Of a stretch of 59,860 nt of DNA, positions 57,089 through 59,860 are shown piece by piece (the stretch's first letter is position 1; the number at the start of each line of letters is the position of its first letter). The notes beneath the pieces were generated by a model, which was not told the origin of the DNA, ran no database searches, and was given only the letters and a program-made list of their open reading frames with translations. The translations under genes were made by a program, and so were the position numbers. Source of the stretch: a virus (lineage: Duplodnaviria > Caudoviricetes). The stretch covers positions 1 to 59,860 of the IMG/VR virus record IMGVR_UViG_3300037760_000140; one strand, 5' to 3'.

Positions 57089-57649
57089 ATGCACAAGATC
57101 CCGACCCTGTTCCGCCGTGACCCCGACGACATGCGACGAGTCCTCACCGAGGTTCACCCCGACTGCGAGTGGGTGACCGCCGGGGAAGGCGTCGCCACCC
57201 GGAAGTGGGACGGCACCTGCACCATGCTCGACCAGGACGGCCAGTGGTGGGCGCGCCGCGAGGTCAAGCCCGGCAAGACCCCGCCGCCGAACTACCGCCC
57301 CGTCGAGACCGACGAGGAGACCGGCAAGACCGTCGGCTGGGAGCCCATCGGACAGTCGGCGTTCGCCAAGTACCACGCCGAAGCCATCGGGCAGTCGATG
57401 CTCCCCGGCCCCGGCACCTACGAACTCGTGGGACCGAAGATCAACGGCAACCCCGATGGGTTCGGGGGGCACATCGTCATCCCGCACGGCTGGGCGCCGC
57501 TGTCCGACCGGCTCGAAGCCGAGTTCGCGCCGCGCGGCTACGACGATCTCCGCGAGTGGCTGACCGACCGCGACTGGGAGGGCCTGGTCTGGCACCACCC
57601 CGACGGCCGGATGGCGAAGCTCAAGCGCCGCGACTTCCCCCGCACCTGA
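57089..57649 (+). CDS. RNA ligase-like nucleotidyltransferase (DUF5565/Rlig1-like)
   Basis: Motif I TRKWDGT, YELVGPKINGNP, EGLVW, MAKLK. Confidence 0.75.
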   Translation: MHKIPTLFRRDPDDMRRVLTEVHPDCEWVTAGEGVATRKWDGTCTMLDQDGQWWARREVKPGKTPPPNYRPVETDEETGKTVGWEPIGQSAFAKYHAEAIGQSMLPGPGTYELVGPKINGNPDGFGGHIVIPHGWAPLSDRLEAEFAPRGYDDLREWLTDRDWEGLVWHHPDGRMAKLKRRDFPRT

Positions 57650-57726
57650 CCCGCCCCCACGCCTCACCCTCCGGGGGCTGCCGACCGGCCCGGCAGCCCC
57701 CACCGCACCAGCACCAGGAGCCACCC

Positions 57727-58359
57727 GTGGACCCGATCACCCCGCCCGCCGTCTGCGTCGCCTGCCACCGCCCCCTCCCCGCCACCGACCCGGATCGGTT
57801 CGCGTGCGAGCGGTGCCAGCAGCGCGCCAGCCAGGAACTCAACTGGCTGCCGGGCCTGTACCGGCTGCTCAACTCCGCACCGTCCGCCGGGTCGCCGCTC
57901 GTCGGCGCCCGCCACGCCGCCGCCGGGAGCCGGCCGCCGATCAACCTGCACGTTGTGGACCTCACCGGCCGGCGCGGCGTCCTCGTCACCCTGTCCGGCT
58001 GGGCGCACGACTGGGCCGACCAGCGCGGCGAGGACGGCCCCGACTGGCCGGCGGATGAGTGCGGGCAGATCACCGGGGCGTGCAAGTACCTGCGCTTCCA
58101 CCTCGACTGGGCCGCACGGCAGCACCCGGCGATCGACGAGGCGCTGCACGAGATCGCCGACACCTACCGGCAGGTCCACGCCGCGGCCACCGGGGAGCGG
58201 GGCGAGCGGCGTGTCGGGGTCACCTGTGGCTGCGGGGCCGTACTCCGGGTCACCGTCTCCACCGGCGGCGCGACCTGCGCTGGGTGCGGGGTGCAGCGCG
58301 GGCGGGCCGAAGTGCTGGCGCTGCCGCTCGCCGCGCGAGCCGGAGGTGTCGCCGCGTAG
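57727..58359 (+). CDS. zinc-binding putative transcription regulator
   Basis: CVAC, CERC, CGC...CAGC; last gene of the early operon. Confidence 0.65.
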   Translation: MDPITPPAVCVACHRPLPATDPDRFACERCQQRASQELNWLPGLYRLLNSAPSAGSPLVGARHAAAGSRPPINLHVVDLTGRRGVLVTLSGWAHDWADQRGEDGPDWPADECGQITGACKYLRFHLDWAARQHPAIDEALHEIADTYRQVHAAATGERGERRVGVTCGCGAVLRVTVSTGGATCAGCGVQRGRAEVLALPLAARAGGVAA

Positions 58360-58364
58360 ACGCA

Positions 58365-58401
58365 CCGATGCCCCCACCGCTGCGGACGGCGGGGGCATCG
58401 G
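58365..58401. terminator. bidirectional terminator
   Basis: ccgatgccccc...gggggcatcgg. Confidence 0.7.
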
Positions 58402-58407
58402 GGGTGG

Positions 58408-58680
58408 CTACTGCCCGGCGGGGGGCGGTGGTGGCTGCTCCAGGTCGGTCCGTCGGCCCTGGCGCATCTTGGCCTTTCGCTCCGCCCAGTATTGGTCGAA
58501 CCAGGTCACGTCGTACTCGGGGCGCGTGCTGCCCGCCCGGTAGACGGGAGAGGGCCAGCCCTCGGCGGGGTTGGATGCCAGCCGGTGGATGAGAGTGCGA
58601 CTGCGGCCGACGCGTTCCGCGAGTTTCGGGATGGTCATGGTCTCCCTCTCCGGCTCCTGCCTCTCGGGGGGTTCGGGCAT
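58408..58680 (-). CDS. AlpA-like HTH regulator
   Basis: MTIPKLAERVGRSRTLIHRLA...WPSP; RBS ggagg. Confidence 0.75.
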   Translation of the reverse strand: MPEPPERQEPERETMTIPKLAERVGRSRTLIHRLASNPAEGWPSPVYRAGSTRPEYDVTWFDQYWAERKAKMRQGRRTDLEQPPPPPAGQ

Positions 58681-58702
58681 AGGGATATCCTCCCGCGAGG
58701 TG

Positions 58703-58731
58703 TGGACAATGTCCATACTTCTCGCTACGGT
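58703..58731 (+). promoter_or_regulatory. promoter TGGACA-N17-TACGGT overlapped by palindrome TGGACA-A-TGTCCA
   Basis: Read directly; divergent from the HTH gene. Confidence 0.55.
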
Positions 58732-58816
58732 CGTACTTGCAACGAAGAACGGCCCCGGGCGAGCTGCGAACTCGGCCGGGGCCAGCCATCCCACCTGCCT
58801 ACCAGGAGGAATGACC

Positions 58817-58951
58817 ATGCCGAATGCTATCGGCACCCACCCCGGACGCACAGTCGTCACGCGCACACCGCCCACCGTGCCGCCGCTGGAACCGACCGGG
58901 GCCGGCAACCGCATCGTCCGCCACCTGGACGCCATCGGCGGTGCGCGATGA
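58817..58951 (+). CDS. small hypothetical protein; first of several coupled micro-ORFs (58948-59049, 59046-59165)
   Basis: RBS aggagg; ATGA/GTGA overlaps. Confidence 0.5.
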   Translation: MPNAIGTHPGRTVVTRTPPTVPPLEPTGAGNRIVRHLDAIGGAR

Positions 58952-59294
58952 GCCACAGCGCACACGCCGACACCGACGGCACGCCGTGGGAGGACGAGGC
59001 CCGCGACATCCTCCACCCCCCGGCCCCCTACCCCGGCCGCGTTCGGTGAGCGCCGACGCCGAGCGCGAGCGGCGCCTCCGGGCACTCCGCGACACCGAGG
59101 CCCGACGCCGGGCCGACGCCGAACGCCTCAACAAACAGGCCGACAACCCCAGGAGCCCGCGGTGACCGACAAGCCCTGCACCGGCACCGACACGTGCACC
59201 TGCGACTGGTGCCGCCACGAACGCGCCCCCGGCCACTAACCCACCAGCCGCCCCGGCAACCCCGGGGCGGCCCATCACCCCTGAGGAGAACCCC

Positions 59295-59612
59295 ATGCAG
59301 ACCACCCACGCCACCCCCTGGCCCGAGGGCATCATCGCCCGCTACCTGACCGCGGGCGGGGCGACCGTGGACGTGACCGGGGTCCTCACCCTGCCCCCGG
59401 ACCCGATCCTCATCGCGACGCGCGCCACCTGCACCGGCTGCCCGGAGACCAAGGAGGTCGGCCACTACCGCACCTACTACTCCTCGGGCGGCTGGATTGA
59501 CAAGGCCGTCGAGGAGCACGAGCCCGACGTGGCCGAGGACGCCGCGAGGACGTGGGCGCAGGAGCACGCCGAGCGGTGCCGTGCGATGGCCCGGCCGGAG
59601 GTGGACCGATGA
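59295..59612 (+). CDS. hypothetical protein
   Basis: RBS gaggag; CTGC...HAERC. Confidence 0.7.
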   Translation: MQTTHATPWPEGIIARYLTAGGATVDVTGVLTLPPDPILIATRATCTGCPETKEVGHYRTYYSSGGWIDKAVEEHEPDVAEDAARTWAQEHAERCRAMARPEVDR

Positions 59613-59809
59613 GCCGCCGCCAGCACGCCGCCGAGGCGTTCGCCGACAGCGAGCAGCACCGCGCCGACGGCCTCGCCTCCCGGATCGACACCATCACCTC
59701 CGACCCGGGCAACCCGTCGAACGCCTCCCTGCCGCACCACCGGGCCGCGTACCAGCAGGCATCCGGCAACGCCGCCGCCAACACCGCGCAGCCCGGCGAC
59801 CGGCCGTAA
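59609..59809 (+). CDS. hypothetical protein
   Basis: ATGA coupling; RBS ggagg. Confidence 0.55.
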   Translation: MSRRQHAAEAFADSEQHRADGLASRIDTITSDPGNPSNASLPHHRAAYQQASGNAAANTAQPGDRP

Positions 59810-59860
59810 CCACCCCCGAACCGGCCGCCCCCGGGACCCCCTGCCCGGAGGCGGCCACCC

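Overview
The window is an essentially complete, circularly permuted, very GC-rich temperate siphophage genome of about 59.9 kb. Gene content and codon style point to a Streptomyces-like actinobacterial host. Evidence for a circular, excised form: a 17-bp overlap between the two ends and an intact attP containing the 3' half of a tRNA(CAT). Gene order: [58.4 kb, across the junction, to 4.25 kb] a divergent HTH regulator plus an operon ending in a plasmid-type spread module (pIJ101 SpdB-like gene and membrane proteins carrying dense oriented DNA repeat arrays, with no TraB ATPase); small accessory genes; HNH, TerS, TerL, portal fused to a MuF-like domain, HK97 protease and capsid, head-tail genes, major tail, frameshifted tail chaperone and tape measure; a kinase + WbdD-like methyltransferase + two glycosyltransferases inserted inside the tail operon; a large tail protein; amidase endolysin, holin and collagen-like protein; a leftward operon with a near-consensus promoter and an Aca2-like HTH; XRE regulators; attP, tyrosine integrase, SOS box, repressor, cro and xis; RecE-like nuclease and annealing protein; RusA, WhiB, and a replication initiator with an internal origin; and a long mosaic early region (HIT hydrolase, RNA ligase, SLOG protein) in which single genes are bounded by identical direct repeats. 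The strongest candidates for undescribed biology are the Spd-like module with cis repeat arrays and the glycan synthesis/capping cassette in the tail operon. All family assignments come from motif recognition by eye, not from database searches.
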